This document shows, piece after piece, positions 45,977 to 60,883 of a DNA stretch of 64,000 nt. The notes beneath the pieces are model-generated. The model saw only the letters and a program-made list of their open reading frames with translations, was not told the origin of the DNA and did not search any database. Position 1 is the first letter of the stretch, and the number at the start of each line of letters is the position of its first letter. The stretch is from Eledone cirrhosa (taxonomy: Eukaryota), in assembly GCA_964016885.1 (NCBI GenBank), contig OZ024742.1, positions 283,278,001-283,342,000 of the forward strand, given 5' to 3'. The position numbers and the translations under genes were made by a program.

Positions 45977-46747
45977 TCTGCTCTTTTGTTTCTTCTATCT
46001 TTCTTTCGCTTTACGATTGAACGACTCTTCACGGTCGAATGAATCTCTTCTTAGCACCGAACTCTTCATTTAGATTACTTTCTTAGACAATGTCAAAAAA
46101 ATAATAAAAAGAACCCAAAAAACTATAGCACGTATATATTATAGAAAATATAGAATACTTGCGACTAGTCTGAAGAAATTTACCATTTTTTACATTACAG
46201 TTAACGTGGCGTTATAATAACGCGTCCAGTAGGAGTGATAGAAGGATCAACTAAAGCGAACATTGAATTTCCACTTATAGGGCGTTGACCATTGTGAGTG
46301 AAAATTGGTAGGCGGAAACCATGTAGAAATTCGTCATATATATACTTTTTGGTAGATAGATAAATTGAGTGTATATTAGTTTTTGTTAACAGTTTCAACA
46401 CAGGTTTTTGACTATGAAATATTGTCTAATAAGTTATCGGTGTCCCAGCATGGCCTCAGCCTCTTAGCTGGAACGCAAATAAATAAATATAAGCTTTTTG
46501 AGACGAGGAAAATTAGACAGCGTCAGCTACGGAACTCGAACTCACACGTGCCGAATACCGGATGGCTATGCTATCGATTACACCAAAGCGTGGATGACGA
46601 ATGTTTTCCGTTATTTAAGCCTTATCAGAAGATGGACAATTAAAATTCATAACCTGCTCAACGGTTTTAAAAATAGATTGTTAATACACACACACACATT
46701 CACATATGCACCCACACACACACATACATACATACATACACACACAT

Positions 46748-46794
<47 letters not shown>

Positions 46795-47014
46795 TATATA
46801 TATAAAGGAACGATCGACTTTCGTCAAATCGAACGAGGAAACAATGTTTCCATTGGTCTTTCCAATTGCTAATACTATCTATCAGTCGCAATTCCAGGTA
46901 GAACGTGAAATAAAATGTCTTGCTCAAGGACATAATGCATCGCTCGGTCCGGGAATCGAACTCACAACCTCACGATTGCGAATCCAATTCTCTAACCACT
47001 CAGCCACACACCTT

Positions 47015-47307
<293 letters not shown>

Positions 47308-47384
47308 ATAAATTTGAAGACTAAAATCCAAAGAGGGCTCGATAAGGATAAATATATATCAAATATATAAGAACCGTAGAGCAA

Positions 47385-48480
47385 ATATTTATTAAAATAA
47401 CAGATTAAAGTTTAAGCAAAGAATCGCTGCTTTCACCCTTAACGGGATCTTCTGAAACTAACAAATTCAATCTGTGAACGCAGAAGTGAATATTTCAAAA
47501 AACGTTGCAACCGGAGGAAGACAGAAAGACGATACTTTGGTTCGTGGAAACGTTCCCTGGCAAAGAACGGCAAAAAACGAATATAATACGTCATTATTTG
47601 GATCTGAGTTCAAATCCCGCCGAGGTTGACTTTGCCTTTCATCCTTACGGGGTCGATAAAATAAAGTACCAGTAATGCACTGGGTAATTGCTGGCCTTGT
47701 GCCTAAAGTAGAAACAATTATTTGGAGCGGTGAAAAACAATTACACGCAAAGACAGAACCACGTTTATGGTATAAAAGAAGTCGTAGACTAATATTCTCT
47801 TAGGTGGTTCATAGAGACGTTCTATGGCTATGAACGGAAAAAACGAAGGTAATACGTCATATGTGGAGCGTGGAGAACAATTGCACGCAAAGAAAAAACC
47901 ACGTAAATGGTATAACTGAAGTCGTAGACTAAAATTCTAACTAGAAAACCGAATGATTCTCCGCTTCAGAGTTAAGAATAAATAAAATACAGAGGTAATT
48001 GAAATTAAATAAATACATCTGAAGCGGAGAATCATTCGGTTTCCTAGTTAGAATTTTAGTCTACGACTTCAGTTATACCATTTACGTGGTTTTGTATTTG
48101 CGTGCAATTGTTCTCCACGCTCCACATATGACGTATTATCTTCGTTTTTTTTTCGTTCATTGCATAGAACGTCTCTATGAACCACCTAAGAGAATATTAG
48201 TCTACGACTTCTTTTATACCATAAACGTGGTTCTGTCTTTGCGTGTAATTGTTTTTCACCGCTCCAAATAATGACGTATTATATTCGTTTTTTGCCGTTC
48301 TTTGCCAGGGAACGTTTCCACGAACCAAAGTATCGTCTTCCTGTCTTCCTCCGGTTGCAACGTTTTTTGAAATATTCACTTCTGCGTTCACAGATTGAAT
48401 TTGTTAGTTTCAGAAGATCCCGTTAAGGGTGAAAGCAGCGATTCTTTGCTTAAACTTTAATCTGTTATTTTAATAAATAT
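47385..48480. repeat. Long inverted repeat (arms ~460 bp, 47-bp spacer) within (TA)n
   Basis: 47385-47970 (minus the SINE at 47603-47716) is the reverse complement of 48018-48480. Confidence 0.93.
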
Positions 48481-48523
48481 ATATATATGCATATATATAT
48501 TCATATATGTATGTATATGTGTG

Positions 48524-48629
<106 letters not shown>

Positions 48630-48899
48630 CATTGTTATAAGTTCAAATCCCGCCGAGGTTAACTTTGTCTTTCATCCTTACGGGGTCGATAAAATAAAGT
48701 ACCAGTAATGTACTGGGATAATTGCTGGCCTTGTGCCAAAAAGTAGAAACAATTATTATAAGGATTCTCTACCTTAAAGTTAACCTACCCTCTCACAAAA
48801 CAGTAATGTTGATGAGGTCACATTAAGACCGAAACAGATTGAGTTAGCTTTTTGTGTCCCTTGCACTAAATGTATTAGTACTGACTTAACTATTGGTCT

Positions 48900-49185
48900 T
48901 TTACTTGAATATGGCGATAATGGCCCATGTGATCATACGCTTGTAGGCTGGTGAATTTGAGGAGGAATGGGGTACCCTTCCCGGGGGCCCGCGAAGCGTC
49001 GGCTGGTTCAGGATTGCTGTGGTACCTGAATCAACCCTGGATGGTTATTACCCCTATTGGGGAATTTTCATTGTTGTATTTTTCTTGTTTATTGTTATTG
49101 TTTTCCTATTTTTTACTCGGTCTATTGTATTGTCCCCTATATGTCGGCCCTTGTGGCCAATAAATGAAACCATTATTATTAATTT
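48900..49185 (+). mobile_element. LINE 3' end (L1/Tx1-like)
   Basis: T-rich 3' UTR ending cccttgtggccaataaatgaaacc(att)n. Confidence 0.4.
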
Positions 49186-49521
49186 TTGTTCATAATAGTG
49201 AGAGCTAGGGAGAACGGGAGAGACGGAGACAGTGACTGTGGGAGTTTGCTTCTTTTGTGTTCGGACCTTATATATGTGTATGTGTTTCACGGACACACAC
49301 TCATGTATGAGACAGAAACAACTCCAACATATCAACGATAAACTTGATAAATTTTCGTCCCTCAAATCTCCCCCTTTGAAGAAAATATGTGATGGCCACA
49401 GCTTGGATGGCTTATATATCATATCTTACCTGGGATTAAATATAAACTGTGGGGCTGCCGTGGGAGAGACCGCCGGAAGTTGAGGGACGCATTAGCGGAA
49501 GCGGAAGAATGAGTGATGTTA

Positions 49522-50924
49522 CATGAGTGTTCAGGGGGCTATTAACGACCTATTTCCCAGCAGTACGTGGTTAAGTGCGGAGGTGTTGTGCGTCAGATGA
49601 GTGTTCAGGGGTCTATTGATTACCTATTTCCCAGCAGTACGTGGTTAAGTGCGGAGGTGTTGTGCGTCAGATGAGTGTTCAAGGGTCTATTAACGACCTA
49701 TTTCCCAGCAGTACGTGGTTAAGTGCGGAGGTGTTGTGCGTCAGATGAGTGTTCAGGGGTCTATTGATTACCTATTTCCCAGCAGTACGTGGTTAAGTGC
49801 GGAGGTGTTGTGCGTCAGATGAGTGTTCAGGGGTCTATTAACGACCTATTTCCCAGCAGTACGTGGTTAAGTGCGGAGGTGTTGTGCGTCAGATGAGTGT
49901 TCAGGGGTCTATTGATTACCTATTTCCCAGCAGTACGTGGTTAAGTGCGGAGGTGTTGTGCGTCAGATGAGTGTTCAAGGGTCTATTAACGACCTATTTC
50001 CCAGCAGTACGTGGTTAAGTGCGGAGGTGTTGTGCGTCAGATGAGTGTTCAGGGGTCTATTGATTACCTATTTCCCAGCAGTACGTGGTTAAGTGCGGAG
50101 GTGTTGTGCGTCAGATGAGTGTTCAGGGGTCTATTGATGACCTATTTCCCAGCAGTACGTGGTTAAGTGCGGAGGTGTTGTGCGTCAGATGAGTGTTCAG
50201 GGGTCTATTGATGACCTATTTCCCAGCAGTACGTGGTTAAGTGCGGAGGTGTTGTGCGTCAGATGAGTGTTCAGGGGTCTATTGATTACCTATTTCCCAG
50301 CAGTACGTGGTTAAGTGCGGAGGTGTTGTGCGTCAGATGAGTGTTCAGGGGTCTATTGATTACCTATTTCCCAGCAGTACGTGGTTAAGTGCGGAGGTGT
50401 TGTGCGTCAGATGAGTGTTCAGGGGTCTATTGATTACCTATTTCCCAGCAGTACGTGGTTAAGTGCGGAGGTGTTGTGCGTCAGATGAGTGTTCAGGGGT
50501 CTATTGATGACCTATTTCCCAGCAGTACGTGGTTAAGTGCGGAGGTGTTGTGCGTCAGATGAGTGTTCAGGGGTCTATTGATTACCTATTTCCCAGCAGT
50601 ACGTGGTTAAGTGCGGAGGTGTTGTGCGTCAGATGAGTGTTCAGGGGTCTATTAACGACCTATTTCCCAGCAGTACGTGGTTAAGTGCGGAGGTGTTGTG
50701 CGTCAGATGAGTGTTCAGGGGTCTATTAACGACCTATTTCCCAGCAGTACGTGGTTAAGTGCGGAGGTGTTGTGCGTCAGATGAGTGTTCAGGGGTCTAT
50801 TAACGACCTATTTCCCAGCAGTACGTGGTTAAGTGCAGAGGTGTTGTGCGTCAGATGAGTGTTCAGGGGTCTATTGATTACCTATTTCCCAGCAGTACGT
50901 GGTTAAGTGCGGAGGTGTTGTGCG
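49522..50924 (+). repeat. 74-bp tandem minisatellite, ~19 near-identical units
   Basis: Unit gatgagtgttcaggggtctatt(aacg/gatt/gatg)acctatttcccagcagtacgtggttaagtgcggaggtgttgtgcgtca; period 74 (49596 to 49670). Confidence 0.97.
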
Positions 50925-51959
50925 GAAGTGTTGAAGCGACACTGAGAAAGGTTCTGGTACCCTCAAGTCGGATGTAAGTCACGTGGACGGTAGATGACTC
51001 GTTTTCTGACTGCTTCTGGTTGTAAACTAATTACATAAACAAAATTACATCAACAACGACAACGTTAGTACCACTACTCCCTCCAATATCCCCACCATTA
51101 ACTACTACAATAACTATCAACACTAACATTACTAGCACTAGTAACACCACCATACTCTCTATCATCAGTACCCCTTCCACACTCGCATACATTTTAATAC
51201 ACACATCCTCACCACTACCACCACCAACAATAAGAACACACTATCACATACTCATACGTCACCTCCTTCACCATACACGACACCATCACCCACAGACAAG
51301 CCCTCGCCACCACACACACGCACACACACAAACACACACACACGCACACATATTTACACATACCATACACACATCCCTCTACCCTTAACTGTAGTACACT
51401 ACTACATACCTCCACCACATACACCACACCCACTCACACATACCTCACCACACACGCACAAACCACCACCATACACACATCATCATCCTCACCATCACCA
51501 CCATCAGTAATAGACCACGACCACTCAATCACACACACCCTACCACCACCACCACACATTGCCACCACGACACAACACCACCACACAACCCCACCACCAC
51601 CACCACATCACCACCACTACCACTACCACCAGTATCACACACACCACCACTATACCCCGCCACCACCACCAGTAATACCCCCTCCCCCTAATACGTCATT
51701 CACCTGTTCACTATACTCTGCTACCAGTTCAACCACTCCACCATACAATGGTAATGTTATCATATTATTGACACTCATTGTGCTATAACCGATACCTCCA
51801 GATATCGATCTCACATCCACAGCAATCCCTGCTGCTGCTGTTAATGTAGTTGCTGCTCATGTTGTTGTTGTCCCTGTTCTAGTTGTAGTTGTTGTAGTTG
51901 TTGACGTTGCAGACTAATTATATCTACCTTTAAGAGTGTGTTTTGTTGTTGTATAAACG

Positions 51960-52430
51960 GATTTGTACCGCTGTGGTAAATCCTTCGTCTGAGATGCCAT
52001 ATGCAGCGACACATTCTCCAGCGGCAACCTGCTGCAGTCTGTGACTAACCCAGGCTCTGCTGCACTTCGGGCTGAGGAGGGTAAATTCTCCAAATATCGG
52101 TCGCTCTCCGACAAGTTTGCAGTCGAGCCCATAACAGTGGAAACTTCTTGTGTCCTTGGCCCTAGGGCCACCTCTCTACTCACCACCATAGGTGCTGAGC
52201 TGGCTAGCCGCAGGTGTGAGCCTCGCGAGCTAGAATGGCTCTTCCAGTGCATCTCCCTCACCATACTCTGACCACCGAGGCCGTGGGGTGGCCAGCGCAT
52301 GGGACCCCATTTGCTCATAATACTGAGAGATGGGACTGAGAGATGGGGAGGGTGAGAGAGACGGAGGCAATGACAGTGTGAGGTCAGCTCCTCTGTGTTC
52401 AGACCTGGTGTACATGCGCGTATATTTTTA
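51960..52430 (+). mobile_element. Second CRE-like RLE 3' fragment with 3' UTR
   Basis: NPGSAALRAEEGKFSKYRSLSDKFAVEPITVETSCVLGPRATSLLTTIGAELASRRCEPRELEWLFQ closely matches the end of the 56064-58020 element. The 3' UTR is also similar to 49186-49290. Confidence 0.8.
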
Positions 52431-52559
52431 CACTATCGACCCTTCCATCTTGTCTGAATATATTTTATGTAAGAATCTTAATGTTCTATTATATCTACTG
52501 CCCATATAGTCCCCAGCGGAAATTTAACACAAAATGCTCTCACAATTCTACGTACCAAT

Positions 52560-53770
52560 GCCCTGACTGGTACTTCATCTTATCAACTTCATTGAATGTT
52601 TTATAAAGCCCAGTACATGATTAGTACTTTTTTTTACCTCGAAGGATAACAAGAAAAGTTGACATGGTGGGATTTGAATTCAGAAGATGACGTTCCATAT
52701 CCAAATACGAGAAGGCACTCCATCATACACCTATCACTGATTTCAGACAGACACATTTTTTTTTTGGGGGGGGGGGGTCAGTCGATTAAATGAACCCCAG
52801 TATTTGACTGTTACTTCAATTTTTTCGACCCCGGTAAAATATAAAAAAAAAAGCTTACTTCAGTGGGATTTGAACTTTGAACATGAAGGATAACTAAATA
52901 CAGCAAAGAAATACACTATGTTTCTATCACCTCATTCCGTGCCCAATATATATGAATTTCTAGGCACAGGGACAGAACTTCTGAGTGGAAGGTAAAGTTT
53001 GAATATATTGACCTCCAGTTCGTGACTGGAGCTTTATTTTTTTTTTCAAGGATAAATAACAAAGTTGACTTCAGTGGGATTTGAACTCTGAACGTAGTAG
53101 ACTGTAATTAAACACTTCAAATTGCTGCACTACACCTCTATTACTCCATACCATCTCCAATAGATATAAATTTCAAACATAGGCAGAAGGAGAGAAATTT
53201 AAGAAAAGATACAGTCGATTATAAAGGCGGTGAATTAACAGAGTCGTTAAAACTTTGGATAGAATACTTTATGGAATTCATTCCGGCTCGCTGATCTCGG
53301 AGTTCAAATCCCACTAAGTTCAACTTTGCCTTTCATCCTTTCGAGGTCGATAAAAAAGTAGAAGTCTAGTACTGGGGTCGATTCTTCTTCGGTATCTCTT
53401 TCTTATTTCCTCTCGCTCTCACTTTCTATCTTTGGAAGAAATCTGCTGTACTCAGGCCTGGAGAGATATGGGCTCCGCCAAGCTCAAAATGCTGTATCAA
53501 TACAGCGCCCCTGCGACTCTATCAGGAGTTACGGGACCATACATACATACAGTCGATTATATCTACCCCATTACATAACTGGTACTTTATTTTATCGACA
53601 CCGGAAAGATGAAAAGCGAAGTTGACTTCGATGGGATTTGTACAGGGTCGATTATATTGATTTCAGTATGTGGTTGATGCCTTATTTTTTCTACTCTGGA
53701 AGGATAAAAATAAAAGTTGAGTGCGATAAGATTTGAACTCGAAACGTAAAGAGCCGTAACTGAATACCTC
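52560..53770. mobile_element. Cluster of degenerate SINE family B copies
   Basis: Several gttgac..gggatttgaact motifs on the minus strand plus one plus-strand copy at 53226-53381. Confidence 0.6.
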
Positions 53771-53959
53771 TATCACACTATTTGTATATCTTAAGCACTT
53801 AAAAGATTATTGTGTTCATCCCTTGTCCATATATAAAGTTTGCAAAAAGATTTTTTTTTAGCATAAGAGATACATTTAATTTGAATAAAATGGTGTCACT
53901 TTTCTCTTGATGCCCTAAGCATATGCTTATTTTGCTTAATGGTTAATCTAGCCTGACTG

Positions 53960-54620
53960 CAACAACACAATAACACATCTCACATTACACAAACACACTG
54001 CATAACAAAATAATACAACTCACATAACATATATACACTACACAACAAAATAATACAACTCACATAACATATATACACTACACAGCAAATTAAGACAACT
54101 CACATTACATATATACACTAGATAACAACAAATTAACACAATTCACATTATACATACACTATACAACTCACATTACACATATAGACACTACACAACAACA
54201 TAACACATTTCACATTACACATACAGACACTACACAACAACATAACACATCTCACATTACATATATACACATTACACAAAAACGTAACACAACTCCCATT
54301 ACATATATATATATATATTCACTACACAACACATCTCACATTGCACATTTACACTACACAACATAACACATCTCACATTACATATATATAATACACAACA
54401 TAACACATCTCACATTACACATATACACATTATACAACATAACACATCTTACATTACACATATACACTACAAAACAACATAACACATCTCCCATTACACA
54501 TACACACTACACAACATTACACATCTCACATTTCATATACACACTACGCAACAAAATAACACAATTCACATTACACATACACTACACAACAAACAAATGA
54601 ACACTTCAAATAACATCAAA
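53960..54620 (+). repeat. Degenerate ~35-40-bp CA-rich minisatellite
   Basis: Recurrent caacataacacatctcacattacacatatacacta. Confidence 0.8.
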
Positions 54621-55383
54621 AATAACAAAACAAGAGACACCACACAAACATCATGCTACACTAACAACAGATAAGGCTTAATGGTTGATCCAGCCCCACA
54701 CCGGACATTTCGTGGGACGGGGATACTGTTGATTAACTCGACCTACCCTAATCCTTAGTATTTCAATGGTACTATATTTTATTTTTCGACTCCGAATGTT
54801 GACTTCGATGAGATTCGAACTCAGAACGTAAGGGGCTACAACTAAATACCCCAAGGTGTTCCACTACATTTCGATCACTCCACTTCACTCCATCTCCCCT
54901 TCAATACTCCTCCAACCACATTGAAACTCCAATAAATGTCACAATCAGTTGGTCTCTAACAGAACGTCACCTGTATCACATTCACCAGCACCCCCACCAC
55001 ATTCACTACCACAACTCTTACACTCACTAACACTATCTCCACAATCAAAACCATCACCACCACTACCAATAAAACAATCACCAGACACTATCACATTCAC
55101 CACCATCACTACCACTGCTACCACATTCACCACCAAGAATAACACCACCATCGCCATCACCTTCTTGTCCTCTCCCTCTACTTCATTTATGAAGTGGCTA
55201 TACACTGGAGGAGTGGAATGAGAGTAGAAAGTCAATACGTTAATAAGAGCGGTTGTATCAAAGGAGGTAATCGATTAAGATGTGTGGGGCGGGTGGGTAT
55301 TTAGCAAACAACCATAACTAAATACAAAACAACAACAGTATTAAAATTATTGAAGAAAAAAAAACAATTTCATCATCATAATA

Positions 55384-55978
55384 TTGTTTCGACTTTTAGC
55401 ACAAGGCCAGCAATTATCCCAGTGCATTACTGGTACTTTATTTTATCGACCCCGTAAGGATGAAAGGCAAAGTTAACCTCAGCGGGCTTTGAACTCAGAA
55501 CATAAAGGGCCATAACTCTATGGTGCAAAGCATGGTGTAAGACGCTCTACCGATACTGCCAAATAATTGCTTCTACTGGGCACATTGACAGCAATTTCAA
55601 AGAAAGGAGGAAGTTGATGAAATCGACCCCAGTGTGTTACTGGTGCTTTATTTTATCAACCCTGGAAGAATAAAAGGCAAAACTAACCTTGGCGGGATTT
55701 GAACTCAAGACGTAAAGAGCCGAAACTAAATATAGCAAACCATTTTCTCCGGCGCTCCAACGATTCTGCTAATTCATCGCCCTAATGCTACTACTAATAA
55801 TTGTTTGTACTTTTGGCACAAGGCCAGCAATTACCCCAGTGCATTACTGGGGCTTTATTTTATCGACCCCATGAAAATGAAAGTTAGCCTCGACGGGATT
55901 TGAACTCAAGACGTAAACTCTAGGGCCATAACTCTATACAGTAAAGCATGGTGTATGACGCTCTACCGATACTGCCAA
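55384..55978 (-). mobile_element. Three tandem SINE family B copies
   Basis: Three consecutive units starting near 55384, 55565 and 55800. Confidence 0.75.
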
Positions 55979-56063
55979 TAATCACGATAATACGATAACG
56001 ATTAGAAGATATAAGTATAGAATTGTTAATATGTGTTGTATCAGATGAAAGAATGGAATTTAA

Positions 56064-58020
56064 CTAATGTATTAGTACGCGATGGGGCCCACCCACAGCC
56101 CCGGCGGACAGAATGGAGAAGGCGTTTCCCCGGAGGACGGCAAGGGAGACGCGCTGGAAAAGCCACTCCAACTCGCGGGGCTCACACCTGCGGCTGGCCA
56201 GCTCAGTGCCTATGGTGGTGAGTAAAGAGGTAGCCCTGGGGCCGAGGACACCAGAAGTTTCCACTGCCAGGGGAACGACCGCAAACCTGTCGGAGAGCGA
56301 CCAGTATTGAGGAATTTGGCCCCCTCAGCCCGACGTGCAGCAGAACCTGGGTCAGTCGCAGACTGCACAAGGTTGCGGCTGCAGAAAGTATCGGTGCAAG
56401 TGGTATCCCATACGAGGGGTTTGTCACCGCGGAACGGGAAGATGGTCATGCCATCTGGCCTTTTGCCGTCCCCTCGATCCAGCCCCACCGGCTCGAGCTG
56501 GGAAGGGAAGCCTGCAGCGTCCAAGCCATGCTTAATGACCTCGTTGAGGGCAGTATGGCGTGGAATGCGGCCGGCACTGTGGCGACAGGAAAGCGGGTGG
56601 AGGCCGAAAGAGTCCACGGTGGAACCGCAGCGACATTGGTGTGGCTGGCAGATCCGGAGGCCGAGCCACGCCGATTCGCAGGCTATGGTTGTCTAGCTGC
56701 GTGCCAGTGGAGAAGGAGGGTAGAGCATGGAGCCAGGCACCATTGTGGGGATTGGAGGCTGCACGAAAACAAGCAAGGCGGTGATGGTCGAGCTGGCGCG
56801 TGAGCCTGTCTGAGGAGAGGCTGCACTGGATGGCATCCCAAGTGCGTTGGGGGGACTTGACGTCAACAGGGGGAGAAGGAGGAGGGACGTCTACTGGGCT
56901 AAGTCCCAGCCGGTCCCACGTCTCACAGGCGGCCTCACGTTCTCTGAACACAGAGGGTTCTGTTGTGTTTTGAAGAACCCTGCCGACGAGGACGCGGCAC
57001 GAGGTTACCGACGAAAGATACGCCGGCAAAGCTAGTGAGATCGGGGACCGGAGGCCTAGGCCGCCATACCTGACCGGTAAAGTGGCCTGTTGCCACCCTA
57101 TGTCGTCAAACTTGACGTTGCATATCCCCTCGGCTGCTGCACGGATACAAGTATCGAGGTCAGCAAGGAGAGATGTGTGGGTGTAGCATGGAGCGCTGCG
57201 GAGTGTATAGAGGAGCTTCGGCATGGCGAAGCAGTTCCTCAGCAGAAAGAGAGCTGGGTGGCCGTCAATCAAGCCCAGTCGGCTCGTGAGAGTCTGGAGC
57301 TGTTGAAGCCTGGACCTGATGGTGGAGCGGATGGCCGGCGGGTGGATCGGTGACCCAAGGATGAGGACATCCTCTTTGGGGGTCACCTGAACCTGGCGGA
57401 GAATGAACCGCACGCCCAAGATGGAGGTTGCAAAGCTCGCAGCATCGAGGCTGACGTTCACCACCTCCGACTTGGCCGAGTTGACCTGGAGGCCGATTCT
57501 CGCCAGGGCAGGAATCACCGATTGAAGGTCTTGACAGACCGTCGGTACGGGCCCGCCCAACGTAGCATCATCCAGATACCAAACGTTGAGAGGGGCCGTG
57601 ATACTCCGGTCGATGTGGTCAATACCAAGGGCGAACAGGAGGGGTCCCAAATGGTCGCCCTGTTGGACCCCAGTAGCCGAGGGTATGACCGTATCAGCAG
57701 TTAGGAGCATGCTCGGAGCTCCATATGACAGGTAGGCCGGAGGGTAGGCAGAGGGGGCTCGGCTGAGGCAGGCCTCGAGCAGATGATCCCGGCGTAAAGA
57801 GTTAAAGGCATTCCTCATGTCAAGCTTGACAATGAGGTGCCTGGAGTCCCTGCTGAAGAGCTGCCTGATTGCATGAGAGGGTCCCTCACAGCCACCGGAC
57901 ACGCCGACACCCAGTTGCACCGGACTAAACTCCTCACCCAGTTCGTGTGTGACGGATTTGCAGATCACATTGGCAGCCAGCCTCCGGAAGACATTGCCCA
58001 CAGCAAAAACAACGTTTTGG
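56064..58020 (-). mobile_element. CRE-clade non-LTR retrotransposon (RT + CCHC + restriction-like endonuclease), 5'-truncated, frameshifted
   Basis: AVGNVFRRLA, PVQLGVGVSGGCE, KLDMRNAFN, GVQQGDHLGPLLF, WYLDD, WQQATLPVRYGGLGLR, HPLSC..RHTALN, DGKRPDG..LVWDTTC..AE..K, LFQRVSLAVLRGNA. GC-rich relative to the host and abuts a long (CA)n tract. Confidence 0.88.
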
Positions 58021-58058
58021 TGAACGCATACTCTTAGCAAGCTAAGAAATTCAGACGT

Positions 58059-58158
<100 letters not shown>

Positions 58159-58312
58159 ACACACACACACACACACACTACTCACAAACATATATATGTT
58201 CTTTCCATTCAGTGATATGTCGCGGGCGGATTATTGATGTTGCTCCCCCAACGTTCGTAACTGGTTTTAATAAATAAAATCAGTTATGTGAAACTTCGTC
58301 TTCTTATTCTTC

Positions 58313-58383
<71 letters not shown>

Positions 58384-58392
58384 TGTGTGTGC

Positions 58393-58432
<40 letters not shown>

Positions 58433-58457
58433 GTGTATATATATATATCTATATATA

Positions 58458-58543
<86 letters not shown>

Positions 58544-58917
58544 AAGAATAACAAGACGAAGTTTCACATAACTGATTTTATTTAACGAAAAATCAGTGAT
58601 GCATCTGAACTCAATTTATTGTGTGTTACAATTGTTTCGCCGGCGGACAGCTCCTGACGCGATCATTGTGTGGATCTGTCTGATTCTGGACCCGCAAGTT
58701 CGACGGACACGTCTAATGATTTCGGAGCAGAATCAGACAGATCCACACAATGATCGCGTCTCGAGCTGTCCGCCGGCGAAACAATTGTAACACACAATAA
58801 ATTGAGTTCAGATGCATCACTGATTTTTCGTTTTCTATTATATCATACTCTGCTCTGTAAGAACATAGAGGGCTCAACCGGCATACCGCCTATGGAAGCA
58901 TCTTAGCTACCATAGAG

Positions 58918-59025
<108 letters not shown>

Positions 59026-59097
59026 ATAACGAATATAGATTAACAAGTATTTTTATTAAATCATTTAATTGATATACGACCGTTTCGTTAGACTAAC

Positions 59098-60478
59098 ATC
59101 AAAAAGTGTATGTATAGTACATAGGGTAATGTACAAACGTCAGGAAAATGAACAGTACATGAGTCATGATATACACATGTGTTCATGTGTATGGAAGTGG
59201 TACATCAGGTGTAGTTTTGGCGAATTTCGGGAAGCATGAGGGTTTTAAAGGATGCAGTGTCTCGGCAGCTAACAACTGACGCAGGTAGTTTGTTCCATGC
59301 TTCTGCAACTATGAGCGTGAAAAAATGTTTCCGAAAGTCATGGGAGCTGTGCTGTTTTCTGATTTTGTAGGCATGTCCACGTGTGTTAGACACATGGAGA
59401 TCAAAAAGGTGCTCAGGGTTGTTGTTGGCGAGCTGGTTAATAACTTTGTGGGTGTTTACCAAGTCCATTGCCAGACGTTGGAGCTTCAGTGAATCCATGC
59501 CCAGTGAAGCAAGGCGTTCAGAGTATGGTAGGTGTCTGATGGAGTGTATGCGCTTGGTTGCACGTCTCTGGACAGTTTCCAGGAGGTCAATGTTCTGAGC
59601 AAGATAGGTGTTCCAGACTGATGATGCGAATCCAAGTGTGGTCGTACCATAGCTGTATACAGCTTTAAATAGATGGCTGAAGAGCGGCTAACAAAGGTCT
59701 TGCTGAGTGATGCCAAGATACCCTCGGCCTTCTTGACAATCTTAGAGACATGCTTTGTCCAACGGAAATCGCTGCTGACAGTAATGCCCAGGTCACGTTC
59801 ACAAGAGGACTTCTTGATATCAGTGTTGTGGAGGGAGTATGCGGACACTGGATTTTTCCTCCCAAAATGCATGGTGGTACACTTGTCTACAGCCAGCTTC
59901 AGTTGCCAGTCTGTGATCCATTGCTGCATTGTGTCCAGGTCTGATTGTAGGAAAGAGTTGTAGATTTCAGGATCAGTCCTTTTGATTTCAAGGTACAGCT
60001 TGATGTCATCTGCATATTTCAGTACCGTGGCATTCTTTAAGTTGGCATCTATGTCATTAATATATGCCACAAACAAAAGGGGACCAAGAACAGATCCCTG
60101 TGGTACACCAGATGACATCTCATATGGTGAAGAATGCTGTCCTAGAACCGTGACTACTTCTTTTCGACTGAGAATGAAGGGTTTCAACCAGTTAAAAAGA
60201 TCATCCCTCACACCCATTGCAGAGAGTTTTGCCATAAGTTTCTCGTGTGGCACAGAATTAAAAGCCTTAGCGAAGTCAAGGTAAACAACATCCACCCATG
60301 AGCCGCTGTCAGTGATCCGGGTAATGTCTTCAATGAACTCGCTAAGCTGATCACAGCAGCTGGAGTTAAGGATAAATCCAAACTGCGAGGGCCGGATGAG
60401 GCTGTGAGAGCTCCAGAAGTTCCAAAGTGTTTCTCTGACACAGGATTCCATCAGTTTGGCAATACAGCTAGTAAGACT
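59098..60478 (-). mobile_element. CR1-clade LINE, 5'-truncated RT and 3' end
   Basis: SQFGF, VDVVYLDFAKAFNSVPH, SGVPQGSVLGPLLF, KYADDIKLY, ERDLGI, NTRGHAYKIRK..RKHFF..WNKLP; one frameshift near 59630. Confidence 0.9.
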
Positions 60479-60525
60479 GTATATTAAGTGATAATAAGAA
60501 TTGCAGCTTTATGTAAACTTTATTA

Positions 60526-60613
60526 CATATTACAATTTGTTTCCATATCGATCAGCTCTGGTTTGATGATGTGATCGGATCCCGACCTCTTAATCGACAC
60601 TTCTTCAGATATG
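60526..60613 (-). ncRNA. Type-I hammerhead motif with enlarged stem II loop
   Basis: Minus strand: catat CTGAAGA agtgtcgatta...tgatcgatatg GAAA ca-aat-tg TA atatg tAATAAA. Confidence 0.7.
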
Positions 60614-60620
60614 GGTGGTC

Positions 60621-60682
<62 letters not shown>

Positions 60683-60758
60683 AGAGAGAGGGGGAGGGAG
60701 AAGGTGGTGGAGGTGGATGGATTGACGGACAAATAGTTAGATATACAGAGGAACAGAC

Positions 60759-60883
<125 letters not shown>

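Noticed and set aside
49522-50924. CRISPR array, tRNA array or pistol-ribozyme array
   Set aside because: Units are contiguous with no unique spacers and there are no cas genes. The unit has a D-arm-like hairpin but no TTCRA loop or acceptor stem. The cgtggtta match to pistol lacks its pairing partner.
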